From the NCBI GenBank assembly GCA_029940215.1, contig JAOZRE010000002.1, positions 1,433 to 65,432 on the forward strand: a stretch of DNA of 64,000 nt, given 5' to 3'. The notes under the pieces were generated by a model that was not told the DNA's origin, did no database searches, and saw nothing but the letters and a program-made list of their open reading frames with translations. Positions 21,317 to 31,515 of this stretch are shown piece after piece. The translations under genes and the position numbers were made by a program. This DNA is from a bacterium. GTDB lineage: Bacteria; SAR324; XYD2-FULL-50-16. The first letter of the stretch is position 1. Every line of letters begins with the position of its first letter.

Positions 21317-23431
21317 TCAGAGATCAGAACTATTTATCTGCCGAGCTTCCCGTGGGACCAGGACACCTGATGGTCTGTCGCTGGCGGGAATCAGGAAAGT
21401 GAAGATGGCCCCCCCTTCGGGGTTGTTTTCAGCCCAGATTTTCCCCTGGTGTCCCTCAATGATTTGTCGGCAAATCGCCAATCCCAGACCGGTACCGCCG
21501 GCTCCGGTCTTCGTTTTACTGCTTTGCACAAACCTGCTGAAAACAGCTTCCAGCTCATCTTCGGGAATACCGACCCCGGTATCGGTCACAGAGAGTTTGA
21601 GACCGGGGTTCGTGCCATCACCGTCAGCGACCGGTTGAAATTCCCCCGACGCCAGATCAATCACAACATTTCCAGAGTCCGAAGTGAACTTGAGGGAATT
21701 TGAAAGCAGGTTGGTAACAACCTGTCCAATACGGAGTTTGTCACACACCACCAGCATGCGTTTGCCAGCCGTGTTGAATATCAATTCGATCCCCCGTTCT
21801 CTGGAAAGCTCCCTGACATCGTCCATGGCATTCTCAACAATCCGGACCAGATCGTGTTTACTCATCTGATAACTGAGACTGCCCGCTTCCAGCCTGGAAA
21901 GATCAAGCAGGTCATTGAGCAGCAGCGTCAGCCGACTGCCCGATTTATAAATCTGATTGAAATAGTGCAGCAGTTTATCAAGAGGGGCTGTCGTAATTTT
22001 CTTTATACCATATTTGGAATAGCTCAGGATCTGGTGCATGGGATTTCTGAGTTCATGGGAGATATTGGCCAGAAACTCGCTTTTGGCTTGATTGGCATTG
22101 TCCGCAGCGGTTTTGGCCTTTCGCAGGTTTTCCTCCGTCTCCTTTTGTGAGGTAATGTCCTGCCCGATACTGTTGATATACCTTAACTTACCATCGTCAT
22201 CAAAATTCAGGTGCATCGTCCAGCCGATATGGCGAACAGTTCCATCGGACTGGTTCACCTGGCGGTTTTCAATCCGGGCACTCTCCTGCTTATTCCGGAG
22301 GCAGTCGTCAAGAACCCCCTGCGTCATCTGCAGATCTTCCGGATAAACAAAATCGGACCACTTTTTATTCAGGCACTCTTCCACAGGCAACCCAAATATG
22401 GTATTGGCTGTCGGATTGACGTACAACAACTGCCCTCTCTCATCAATCTGGGTCACCAAGTCCCGGGTTCCTTCCACCAGGTTGCGATACCGCGTCTCGC
22501 TCTCTGCCAGAATCCCTTCCAGAACCTTGCGATCCTCAATCTCTTCCACCAGTTTCCGGTTAATAGTCTGCAACTCCTCGGTTCGATCCGCGACTTTCTT
22601 TTCCAGGGCCTCCCGGGCTTTTTCCCGCTCTTCTTCCATCTGCAGACGGGCTAGTTCCGCTTCTTTGCGAGGGGTAATATCGGAGAAAACAGCAGCGACC
22701 TGATTCTCTTTCAACATATACGCGGCTACCTGAAAATAACCGCCAAAAACTGGAGCATATAATTCAAATATTTCACCACCCGGGTTATCAGCAATGCGGG
22801 GAAAAATAGTCAGCCACTCATCCGTGAAATCTTGAAAAACCTCTAGAATCGTTTTTCCGACAACTTCTTCGGCAGTCCTGGACATCAGTTTTTCCATAGC
22901 AGGATTAATCTTCAGGTAGCGCCAGTCATAGGCCTCACCTTTTTCATCAAATATCATCTCAACCAGTAAAAACCCGTTCAGCATACTGTTGAACAGCTTA
23001 TCATACTGCTCCTCTCTCTCCTGTAGTTCCTTTTCAGCCTGCTTCCGTTTAGACTCAATGGCATCGGAATAAACGGCAATTTCGATAGCTGTTTTCAGAT
23101 CCCGCTCATTGATTGGCTTCATAAGGTAGCCAAACGGTCGAATCTGACGGGCTCGCTTCAGAATTTCGTCATCAGCGTAGGCGGTGAGAAAAATAACAGG
23201 CAGATCCATTCGGTCTTGAACATTTCTGGCTGCGTCAATGCCGTCCATGTCACCTTTCAGCCGAATATCCATCAGCATCAGATCCGGTGCATCCTTCGCA
23301 ACGCTCGCAATGGTCTCAAGGCCGGTTGCGACACAGTCGGTAACCTCGTAGCCGAGGCTCTCCAGTGTGATCTTCAGTTCCAGAGCGACGACCGCCTCGT
23401 CCTCAACAATTAGAATCCGAATTTTCTCCAT
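21317..23431 (-). CDS. Hybrid sensor histidine kinase (REC-PAS-PAS-HisKA-HATPase)
   Basis: ILIVEDE..LMDI..KP receiver; two PAS-like segments; FLANISHELRNP; NLLSNSLKF, DTGVG, GTGLGL. Confidence 0.92.
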   Translation of the reverse strand: MEKIRILIVEDEAVVALELKITLESLGYEVTDCVATGLETIASVAKDAPDLMLMDIRLKGDMDGIDAARNVQDRMDLPVIFLTAYADDEILKRARQIRPFGYLMKPINERDLKTAIEIAVYSDAIESKRKQAEKELQEREEQYDKLFNSMLNGFLLVEMIFDEKGEAYDWRYLKINPAMEKLMSRTAEEVVGKTILEVFQDFTDEWLTIFPRIADNPGGEIFELYAPVFGGYFQVAAYMLKENQVAAVFSDITPRKEAELARLQMEEEREKAREALEKKVADRTEELQTINRKLVEEIEDRKVLEGILAESETRYRNLVEGTRDLVTQIDERGQLLYVNPTANTIFGLPVEECLNKKWSDFVYPEDLQMTQGVLDDCLRNKQESARIENRQVNQSDGTVRHIGWTMHLNFDDDGKLRYINSIGQDITSQKETEENLRKAKTAADNANQAKSEFLANISHELRNPMHQILSYSKYGIKKITTAPLDKLLHYFNQIYKSGSRLTLLLNDLLDLSRLEAGSLSYQMSKHDLVRIVENAMDDVRELSRERGIELIFNTAGKRMLVVCDKLRIGQVVTNLLSNSLKFTSDSGNVVIDLASGEFQPVADGDGTNPGLKLSVTDTGVGIPEDELEAVFSRFVQSSKTKTGAGGTGLGLAICRQIIEGHQGKIWAENNPEGGAIFTFLIPASDRPSGVLVPREARQINSSDL

Positions 23432-23773
23432 AACCAGTGTTCCAACTTGAAATAGCGTGCGGTTCTCACTGTAATAAATCCCCAGCCCGGACAGGGCCTC
23501 CATGCTGGATCTTATTTAGACATATGTATCTAAAACTGTCAATCATCAGCGCAGGTTGGCCATATGATACAAGGGCAGGACAACCGGTTGACCCCCGGCT
23601 TGCAAACATAGTCGCAACCAATTACGCTGTATAAAGCGCCTGAGATATCACTTCCTGCCATTTGGAACGCTTTCACGCCTATAGAATCTTCTTTTTTTGT
23701 TTTACACCCGGGCCTATCAATTTTTCAGAAGGCGACTCTGGCACAACGATCAAAACAAACTATTGGAGTTCCC

Positions 23774-25159
23774 TTGAACGAAAAAATGTCCCATTTCCCC
23801 ATCATATCAGCTATCCTGCTGACACAGTTTATCATGCCTTTCATGTTTTCCGGCATCACCGTCACCCTGCCGGTCATGGGCCAGGAATTTCAGGCCAGTG
23901 CTGTTTCCCTGGGGCTGGTGGAAATCGTATATCTGGGGGCTTCCGGGGCTTTTATGCTGCCTTTTGGCCGTCTGGCAGACCTGACGGACAAGCAGTTTAT
24001 CTTCAAAATCGGCCTTCTGCTCAGTGCGTTAACCACACTTGGTTTGGGATTTGCCACCTCCATCGAAATGTTTATCGTGATGCGTCTTTTTCAGGGAGCA
24101 ACCATTGCAATGACCGCTGCCACCAACATGGCCATTCTAGCAGATGTTTACCCGAAGGAGAAACTGGGGCGGCTATTGGGAATCTCACTTGGGAGTGTTT
24201 ATGTCGGGCTTTCCACAGGCCCCTTCATCGCAGGCTTTATCACTGAAACACTTGGGTGGCGGTGGATTTATTACTTGATAGCCATCATCATGATATTTTC
24301 CTATGCCCAGAGCGTACGCGCCATGAAGGGGAGATGGAAACAACCCACCAGTCCCATCGACTGGAGTGGCAGTTTTCTGGCCATGGCTATCCTGACATTA
24401 TGGATAACCGGCAGCTCAACCCTCGACAAAGGGATGACCGGACTGTCGTTGTTGGCAGCCGGCCTGGTTCTGGTGCCGGTTTTTGTCTGGGTGGAGAATC
24501 GTGCCCAAGCACCATTACTCGAATTCAGACTTTTCCGCATCCACCCCGTTTTTACCTGGGCTCTGCTGATTCAGCTTTTTACATACTCCGGTGCCTTCGG
24601 GATTACCTTCCTTCTTAGCCTTTACTTGCAAACCGTTCGCGAATTTTCTCCCCAGGCAACCGGAGTCGTGTTGATGGTATCACCCGTGGTGATGGCGATT
24701 ATGTCACCGATTTTCGGACGTCTTGCCGACAAGTTCCGTCCCCAGATCCTGGCTGCCGGGGGCGCCTTCCTGATTTTTGCAGGCACCCTGATAGCGATAG
24801 GGATTTCAGCCACGACCCCCATTTTCATGCTGGGCGTTATTATGGCAGTTCAAGGCATGGGATTTGGCATGTTCTCTTCCCCTAATATGAAAATTATTAT
24901 GACCGGCATCGACAAGGGGCATCTCAGCATGGCTTCTGCTCTGACGGCTCAGATGCGTTCGTTAGGAATGATTGTCAGTATGCTGTTGATCACCCTTTTC
25001 CTATCGCTGCTGATGGGAAAAGCAGCCATATCTGCCGAGACATCCGGCCACTATCTGTCTGTCATGCGATATTCGCTGGTGTCTCTGGCAATTCTGGGGG
25101 GCATTGCTATCTTGATGTCGTTCCGACAGCTTATGAGAAGCGGGGATTCAGGAGTGTAG
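23774..25159 (+). CDS. MFS transporter, DHA2-like
   Basis: GRLAD motifs in both halves, RLFQG, LGWRWIY; many hydrophobic helices. Confidence 0.88.
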   Translation: MNEKMSHFPIISAILLTQFIMPFMFSGITVTLPVMGQEFQASAVSLGLVEIVYLGASGAFMLPFGRLADLTDKQFIFKIGLLLSALTTLGLGFATSIEMFIVMRLFQGATIAMTAATNMAILADVYPKEKLGRLLGISLGSVYVGLSTGPFIAGFITETLGWRWIYYLIAIIMIFSYAQSVRAMKGRWKQPTSPIDWSGSFLAMAILTLWITGSSTLDKGMTGLSLLAAGLVLVPVFVWVENRAQAPLLEFRLFRIHPVFTWALLIQLFTYSGAFGITFLLSLYLQTVREFSPQATGVVLMVSPVVMAIMSPIFGRLADKFRPQILAAGGAFLIFAGTLIAIGISATTPIFMLGVIMAVQGMGFGMFSSPNMKIIMTGIDKGHLSMASALTAQMRSLGMIVSMLLITLFLSLLMGKAAISAETSGHYLSVMRYSLVSLAILGGIAILMSFRQLMRSGDSGV

Positions 25160-25174
25160 TCCCGGTTTTTATCA

Positions 25175-25205
25175 CTGTCCGGCCTGTTGGTAACAAGCCG
25201 GACAG
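25175..25205. terminator. Hairpin between convergent MFS and MBL genes
   Basis: CTGTCCGGC...GCCGGACAG stem; no clear U-tract. Confidence 0.35.
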
Positions 25206-25230
25206 GACGCAGATTCTTCCAGGGAGATGA

Positions 25231-26184
25231 TCAGGCAAAAACCATGCGTGTACCGGACATATTCAGCAAAAACTGATCCGGCATTTCCGATTGGATTCGC
25301 ACACTCGCATCCCGTCCCGTACAATGGGTAGGGACAATATAGCGGGGATTCAGCTCTTTCAGGGCTTTGGCTGTCGGCTCAATAATTCCCGCAAATTCGC
25401 CACCGGTCAGGTGAAATCCACCCATCACTGCGTAGAGTTCATTGACTCCTGTGACCTCCTTTGCGTAGTTCACCGTATTGACAATTCCCGCATGAGCACA
25501 CCCAGAGAGGATCACCAGGCCCTTACCTTTGACATGGGCAACCAATGACGTGTCATCATTGATCGCATCCCATTTTTCCTCACCGTTTTCAAGGTATTGA
25601 AAAGAGGCAGCCCCCTTTTCGAAGTCGGACTTTCTTGGAACCTCTCCCAGAAAACAGAGCCCGCCGTCAAGCATGGGATAAGGATCTGCTGACTCTATCA
25701 GCTCGACGCCTGCTGCTGCTACCTGTTCTTTTTCCAGGATCGGCATGATAATTTTGAATTCGTCAGTAATCTTGATCACCCGCCCCTCTCTGAAAGCCGC
25801 AGGGTGAGCGACCATAGGAATTCCGGTTTTTCCGATGGCTCCCACAAGGGAGTCGAAGCCGCCCGTGTGATCGATGTGGCCGTGGGAAAGCGCCATCATC
25901 TCAACGGATGAAAGATCTGCGTTTATAGCCTTTGCGTTCTTATAGGCTCCAGATTTGGAAAACCCAAAGTCAAACAGGACTGTCCTGACACTGTCCCCGC
26001 TGGTGATCGATACCAACGCTGAAAATCCGTGCTCTGCTGTAATACTATTTGAAAATTCCAGGCCATTCAACGGCATGGCTCGCTGCACCACCTCATTTCC
26101 ATCCTGAGAGGCCAGGTCGATATAGTTATCTTGCAGTGTTAGAATTTCAACCTTGTCCACTTCCTTTAACTCAATCGTTGTCAT
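25231..26184 (-). CDS. MBL-fold metallo-hydrolase
   Basis: AEHGFS, LFDFG, LSHGHIDHTGG, SGCAHAG, GGFHL, PTHCTG. Confidence 0.85.
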   Translation of the reverse strand: MTTIELKEVDKVEILTLQDNYIDLASQDGNEVVQRAMPLNGLEFSNSITAEHGFSALVSITSGDSVRTVLFDFGFSKSGAYKNAKAINADLSSVEMMALSHGHIDHTGGFDSLVGAIGKTGIPMVAHPAAFREGRVIKITDEFKIIMPILEKEQVAAAGVELIESADPYPMLDGGLCFLGEVPRKSDFEKGAASFQYLENGEEKWDAINDDTSLVAHVKGKGLVILSGCAHAGIVNTVNYAKEVTGVNELYAVMGGFHLTGGEFAGIIEPTAKALKELNPRYIVPTHCTGRDASVRIQSEMPDQFLLNMSGTRMVFA

Positions 26185-26547
26185 TTTCGTCTCCTATATT
26201 TCCATATATTTTGAGATTTTCTAATTTTAGAAAACCCTATGCAGGTGCACTCTTCCGGAAATCCGCTTTCCGCATTTCAAGCACCCGAATCGTGACAAAC
26301 ATGAACTGAAACTGATCATCTGAATCTGAACACCTCACCCATAACGCAAAAACCTGCCGGAATCAAGCAGTTATCAGTCAGAATATAAAGGCTTCTCACA
26401 TTGGAAAGCTCTTTCCACCCCAGGACCTCCAAAAAAAGGCCCCGTTTGCGGAAGTACCCCCTTCCCTGATATACTCTACGAACAAGACCAGCCAACTTTC
26501 AGGCCGGCTACAGCTATAACAGCCCGGACACAGGAATTCTTTTCCGT

Positions 26548-27447
26548 ATGAAACAGCTCATGTTCCTCCTTCTGCTGGCTACCTGTCTGGTCACGACAGC
26601 CAGCGGCAAAAGCAACTCCCTGCCATCAAACTATTTCACCATCACTCTATCGGAACGTGTCATCAAACAGGGACAGACAGTGACCGTATTTGTAACGTCG
26701 GCAAACCGCCTTAAGCAGGTGGAACTAGAAGCGCTGGGACAGAAACTGCCGATGTATCACATGTGGCATAAGGAAGAGCCCCACCTGTTCCGGGCCTTTG
26801 TGGGGATTCCAGCCAGAACCCGGCCTGGATCCTACCGGATTGTGGCTCGCGCTGTGGATATCAACCAGCAGCCACTCGCCATTCACGCCACGATAACAGT
26901 TGAAGACGCCCGCTTCAAGATCCAGCAGATTACCCTTTCAAAAAAGAAAACCAAACTGCTGGATCATAAACAACTCCGGAAGGAGGGGCGTATTCTGAAA
27001 AAACATTTCCTGAAGAAGGATCGGAAAGTGTATTTTGCATCACCATTCCAACGACCGGCTGAAGGACGTACCAGCTCAGCATTCGGATTGCGTCGGCAAT
27101 ATAACGGGGATGCCATTTCCTCCTATCACAAGGGACTGGATATCGCGAATCGGACCGGAACGCCCATCCGCGCAGCAAACGGTGGGCAGGTGTCTCTGGC
27201 AGCTGTCTGGAAATCCCACGGCAAAACCGTTCTGATCAATCACGGCCATGGAATCGTGACCGTCTATATACACATGGACAAAATACTGGTGAAAACAGGA
27301 GAGTGGGTCAAGCGGGGACAGACAATAGGCAGGATCGGTTCAACCGGAATTGCCAGCGGTCCCCACCTCCACTTCGGCCTCAGCATCAATGACATTCGCA
27401 TCAACCCCGATCAGTGGATCAAGAACCGCGTCAGGCTTCACTTCTAA
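26548..27447 (+). CDS. M23-family metallopeptidase
   Basis: Signal peptide; HKGLD, YIH and GPHLHF zinc motifs. Confidence 0.9.
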   Translation: MKQLMFLLLLATCLVTTASGKSNSLPSNYFTITLSERVIKQGQTVTVFVTSANRLKQVELEALGQKLPMYHMWHKEEPHLFRAFVGIPARTRPGSYRIVARAVDINQQPLAIHATITVEDARFKIQQITLSKKKTKLLDHKQLRKEGRILKKHFLKKDRKVYFASPFQRPAEGRTSSAFGLRRQYNGDAISSYHKGLDIANRTGTPIRAANGGQVSLAAVWKSHGKTVLINHGHGIVTVYIHMDKILVKTGEWVKRGQTIGRIGSTGIASGPHLHFGLSINDIRINPDQWIKNRVRLHF

Positions 27448-27470
27448 TCCCTGTTACCGGATTACCGGGA

Positions 27471-28139
27471 CTACTTCACAAAAGTGAGCACCTCATTCTT
27501 CAGCCAGTCAGTCCAGGCCTCCAGTCCATCGCCACTCTTGGCTGAGATCTCAAAGATCTTGATATTGGAGTTCAACTTCTTCGCCCGTTCCTTGACCGCC
27601 TCCATATCAAAATCAGATAGTGAAAGGTAGTCCGTCTTTGTCACAATCAACACATCACAAATTGAAAACATCAATGGATACTTCAACGGCTTGTCATCAC
27701 CCTCCGGCACGCTAAGTAGCATGGCGTTCAGGACAGCCCCTGTATCAAATTCCGCCGGACAGACCAGGTTCCCGACATTCTCAATAATAATCAAGTCCAG
27801 GCCTTTGACGTCCATCGCCCCCAACCCCTGCTCCACCATATTGGCATCCAGATGACAGAAACCGCCCGTGCGAAGCTGAATGGCCGGAATGCCTTGGGCA
27901 ACCATTTTCTCAGCATCGACTTTGGAGTCAATATCCGCCTCCATTACACCCACCTTGATCTCATCCTTGATCATCCCGATACTCTTCATCAACAGGGTGG
28001 TTTTCCCTGCTCCCGGAGAGGACATCAGGTTCATCAGTAAAGTCTTCTCCGCTTTCAACTGACTTCTCAGGCCATCCGCTTTTTTTTCGTTGTCTGCTCG
28101 AATATCCTCTTTAACTTCAATCAATCTGACTTCATCCAT
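27471..28139 (-). CDS. hypB: Nickel-incorporation GTPase HypB
   Basis: SSPGAGKTTL, GGFCHLDA, ENVGNLVCPAEFD, EGDDKPLKYP. Confidence 0.95.
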   Translation of the reverse strand: MDEVRLIEVKEDIRADNEKKADGLRSQLKAEKTLLMNLMSSPGAGKTTLLMKSIGMIKDEIKVGVMEADIDSKVDAEKMVAQGIPAIQLRTGGFCHLDANMVEQGLGAMDVKGLDLIIIENVGNLVCPAEFDTGAVLNAMLLSVPEGDDKPLKYPLMFSICDVLIVTKTDYLSLSDFDMEAVKERAKKLNSNIKIFEISAKSGDGLEAWTDWLKNEVLTFVK

Positions 28140-28489
28140 TAGATAACCTCCATATCCTTAATGTAATAATCTTTTCCGGAAACAAGCGTATAGTCCTTAC
28201 TGTCGCAGTTACCGCACTGTATCTCCTTCATCGCCTTCACATCAACCTGAAACGACTCACCACAACCATTGCAATGCATGACCACCGGCACCCGTTCGAT
28301 CACCAGCTTGGCGCCTTCGGCCACACTATCCTTGGCCAGGTAGTCGAAATAGTGCTGTATCCACTCATTTTCCAGGTCACTAAGCTCTCCAACCCTCAGG
28401 TTTACACTGACAACCTTCTGGACATTGTTCCGCTGGGCGTGAGAGACGATAATATCCAGAATTTTTTCCGTTACCGGGAGTTCATGCAT
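28139..28489 (-). CDS. hypA: Nickel metallochaperone HypA
   Basis: N-terminal MHE; CNGC and CGNC zinc motifs. Confidence 0.95.
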   Translation of the reverse strand: MHELPVTEKILDIIVSHAQRNNVQKVVSVNLRVGELSDLENEWIQHYFDYLAKDSVAEGAKLVIERVPVVMHCNGCGESFQVDVKAMKEIQCGNCDSKDYTLVSGKDYYIKDMEVI

Positions 28490-28681
28490 TCAGGGCTCCT
28501 GTGTTATTTTATTGTAACTGTTCACCACATTTCCAGAGTCAAGGGTATACCGCCACCGCTCTGGGCGGGAACCGGACCTGTAGATAATGATCAGATCAGT
28601 CCGCCACCATCACAGACGATCATTGTACCTGCACGGCTATCAAGTTATATGCCTATTATTTTAGTTCCCCGTATAGCATAC

Positions 28682-28711
28682 CGTCAAGAATAATCGAGCA
28701 TATGTTCCATT
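28682..28711. promoter_or_regulatory. Putative TetR operator copy 1, next to a minus-strand sigma-70 promoter for hypAB
   Basis: CGTCAAgaataatcGAGCATATGTTC; on the minus strand TTGACG-N18-TAAAAT points at hypA. Confidence 0.6.
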
Positions 28712-28967
28712 TTATCAGCTATCTATGAAACCGCTATCCTTTTGTTATTTAACAGTTGTAGAATCTTTCAAAAAACGAGCGGGCGTTCGAAAACTCTTGA
28801 CGTTCCATGATCAAGTTTCATATAAAGAAGAGAAGCGCCGGTTTTTATCTCGAACCGCGACAAAAAATTTTCATCAGCGACCGGTGGTAAACAGACCGTT
28901 GATGAAGGATTTGCCCGGCAGGGACTTGCCGGCTTCCTAAAAACACCTCTATTGGAAAAGGAATTCA

Positions 28968-30425
28968 ATGATATCCTCCATCGAAGAGAGCCCGCTGTAC
29001 CGCATGGCCAATCCCCGAAGTATCGCCTTCTTCGGAGCTTCATCCAACATGGCTGCCATGGGCTCAATGCTCATGAATTCCACTCTGGAGGTGGGGTTTG
29101 AAGGTCCCATCTACCCAGTGCATCCCAGAGACGAAGTGATCCTGGGACATCAAGGCTACAAGTCTGTGGAAGATTTGCCGGAGGTCCCGGATCTGGTCGT
29201 CATCGTACTCCCAAGGAGAATAGTGGTTGAAACCCTCCGCGCCTGCGGTGAAAAAGGGATTCGGCAAGCCATTATCGTGTCCGGCGGGTTCAAAGAGGTC
29301 GGTGATGATGGTATCGAATCAGAAAAACAGCTGGCAGAGGTGGCTGATCAATATGGTATCCGCATATTGGGCCCCAACTGTCTGGGGGTTGCCAACCCTT
29401 ATACAAACGTTTGCACAACACCGGCTTCCTTCGAAGGGGATCCGGGGTTCATCGGACTGGCCTCCCAGAGCGGCAGTTTTGTTATTCAGATGTATAATTA
29501 CCTGGCCCGCAACAGCATTGGTTTCAGCACAGCCTTCAGCGTCGGCAATCAGCTGAACATTGACCTGGTTGACTGCCTGGAATATCTGGCAGTTTGCCCA
29601 CACACCAAGGTTATTGCCCTGTATATTGAAAGTATCAACCGGGGGCAGGCATTCATCGAAGCCGCCCAACGCATCGTACCGCACAAGCCCATCGTCGCAT
29701 TGTATGTGGGCGGTTCTGAAACCGGCCGCCGGGCGGCATTTTCACATACCGGATCCATGTCAGGTCCTGATCATATTTACGATGCTGTTTTTCGGCAGTG
29801 CGGCATCATTCGGGCTCACTCCATTACCGAAATGTTTGATGCCTGCTGGTTGCTGGGCAGCCTGCCAAAACCTGCGGGAAATAATATTGCCATCCTCAGC
29901 CATTCAGGCGGTCCAGGAGCCACTGCCGCTGATATTTGCGGCCGGGAAGGCTTGAATTTACCTTCGTTTACAGAGGTTACCCAGGAACGATTGTCACCTT
30001 ATATTCCCAGTACCGGCAACGCGAACAATCCGGTGGACCTGACCTTCACCCGCGACATCCGGGATTTCTTCCTGAGCATCCCCCAGATCCTGATGGAAGA
30101 TGACAATATCGACATCCTGCTGATCTACATTTTCATGCCGAGCAGTATGATGGCCAAGCGGATGCGAGATATGGGCATACCAGAGGAGAAGATAGCTGGA
30201 ACCCAGGATCAGATGATTCAGTCCGCGGGAGAAATCGCCAGGGAGTTACGGGAGAAGTACGATAAGCCAATTCTCGCCTTTACCTTTCGCGGTATGGAGG
30301 AGGCCATCAACAAGGCATTTATCCAGAATGGCATTCCCGTTTTTCCCAACCCGGAAAGAGTCGCCCGCGCCCTGCGGGCGATGATATCTTACTATAAACA
30401 GGCGGAACAAAACCCAACACCTTGA
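28968..30425 (+). CDS. Acyl-CoA synthetase (NDP-forming) alpha-type, CoA-binding protein (second paralogue)
   Basis: NPRSIAFFGAS, LGPNCLG, SQSGS, FSHTGSMSG, NNPVDL; no ATP-grasp domain. Confidence 0.85.
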   Translation: MISSIEESPLYRMANPRSIAFFGASSNMAAMGSMLMNSTLEVGFEGPIYPVHPRDEVILGHQGYKSVEDLPEVPDLVVIVLPRRIVVETLRACGEKGIRQAIIVSGGFKEVGDDGIESEKQLAEVADQYGIRILGPNCLGVANPYTNVCTTPASFEGDPGFIGLASQSGSFVIQMYNYLARNSIGFSTAFSVGNQLNIDLVDCLEYLAVCPHTKVIALYIESINRGQAFIEAAQRIVPHKPIVALYVGGSETGRRAAFSHTGSMSGPDHIYDAVFRQCGIIRAHSITEMFDACWLLGSLPKPAGNNIAILSHSGGPGATAADICGREGLNLPSFTEVTQERLSPYIPSTGNANNPVDLTFTRDIRDFFLSIPQILMEDDNIDILLIYIFMPSSMMAKRMRDMGIPEEKIAGTQDQMIQSAGEIARELREKYDKPILAFTFRGMEEAINKAFIQNGIPVFPNPERVARALRAMISYYKQAEQNPTP

Positions 30426-30436
30426 ATTGAGGAGAG

Positions 30437-31237
30437 ATGATGACAGATAACGGACGAATTGCAGGTAAAACAGCTATCATCACTGGAGCCGCCAGCGGCA
30501 TCGGAAAAGCAGCGGCCAACCTGTTTGCGAGGGAAGGGGCATCAGTTATCCTGGCGGATCTGAATGAGTCAGCCCTTCAGGAAATAGCTGCGAAAATTAC
30601 CCAACAGGGCGGAACAGCAACAATTAAAAAAACGGATGTTTCCGCCGAGTCCGACATCAAAAGCCTCATCGTTTTTGCTCTGGAACAGTTCGGGCGGATA
30701 GATATTCTCTGCAACAATGCCGGGATCACCGGCGATTTTAAAGGAATCAACGATGATGATGCAGAGAACTGGCAGAAGGTTTATGCTGTTAATGTGATCG
30801 GCGCCATGGCAGCCATTAAGCATGTCGCTCCGCACATGATTGCCAATGGTGCCGGCGCTATTGTCAACACTGCATCGGTGGCCGGGATTCGCGCTGGTGC
30901 AGGAACCAACGCATACAGCGCCAGCAAGGCAGCCCTGATCAACTTCACTCAAACCGCGGCCTGTGACATGGGACAGTTCAACGTCCGCGTCAATGCCGTC
31001 TGCCCCGGCCTGACAGAAACCGGCATGACCAAGCCGGTGTTCGATATGGCCCGAGACGCCGGCAAGGAACAGAAGCTTGGCAGCCGTTGCGAGATGAAAC
31101 GTTACGGAAAACCCGAAGAGATCGCCCAGGCCATCCTCTTCCTCGCCAGTGATGATGCCAGCTACATCACAGGACAGGCCCTGGCCGTGGACGGGGGAAA
31201 TACTGCATCACTGAACCTGCCGGGAATGAAGTTCTGA
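30437..31237 (+). CDS. Short-chain dehydrogenase/reductase
   Basis: TGAASGIG, NNAG, YSASK catalytic motif, VDGG. Confidence 0.92.
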   Translation: MMTDNGRIAGKTAIITGAASGIGKAAANLFAREGASVILADLNESALQEIAAKITQQGGTATIKKTDVSAESDIKSLIVFALEQFGRIDILCNNAGITGDFKGINDDDAENWQKVYAVNVIGAMAAIKHVAPHMIANGAGAIVNTASVAGIRAGAGTNAYSASKAALINFTQTAACDMGQFNVRVNAVCPGLTETGMTKPVFDMARDAGKEQKLGSRCEMKRYGKPEEIAQAILFLASDDASYITGQALAVDGGNTASLNLPGMKF

Positions 31238-31515
31238 TTCAGGGAAACCATAAAAAACAGTTGCCCTCTTCAGCCTTACCCTGCCTCATGCCAGATCGTT
31301 GAGTACGGATCAACGAGTTCGGCCATACCTCTTATTTGACACGAATTCTGGCGGCGCCTATTTTTTCATTGCCCCTTTACCATATTTTTTCTAAACTTCG
31401 AAGGATGATAATCAGGGGGTATTAGTTGCCTCGCCGGGATTGGATGTATATGACCCGCTTGAGAGTATTGAACCACCGGTTATATCCGGGATCATTAACA
31501 AGAGAGGAAAGGATT

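Noticed and set aside
26217..26234. TTTTCTAA-TT-TTAGAAAA palindrome upstream of the MBL hydrolase
   Set aside because: AT-rich, single copy, no associated regulator; could be chance.
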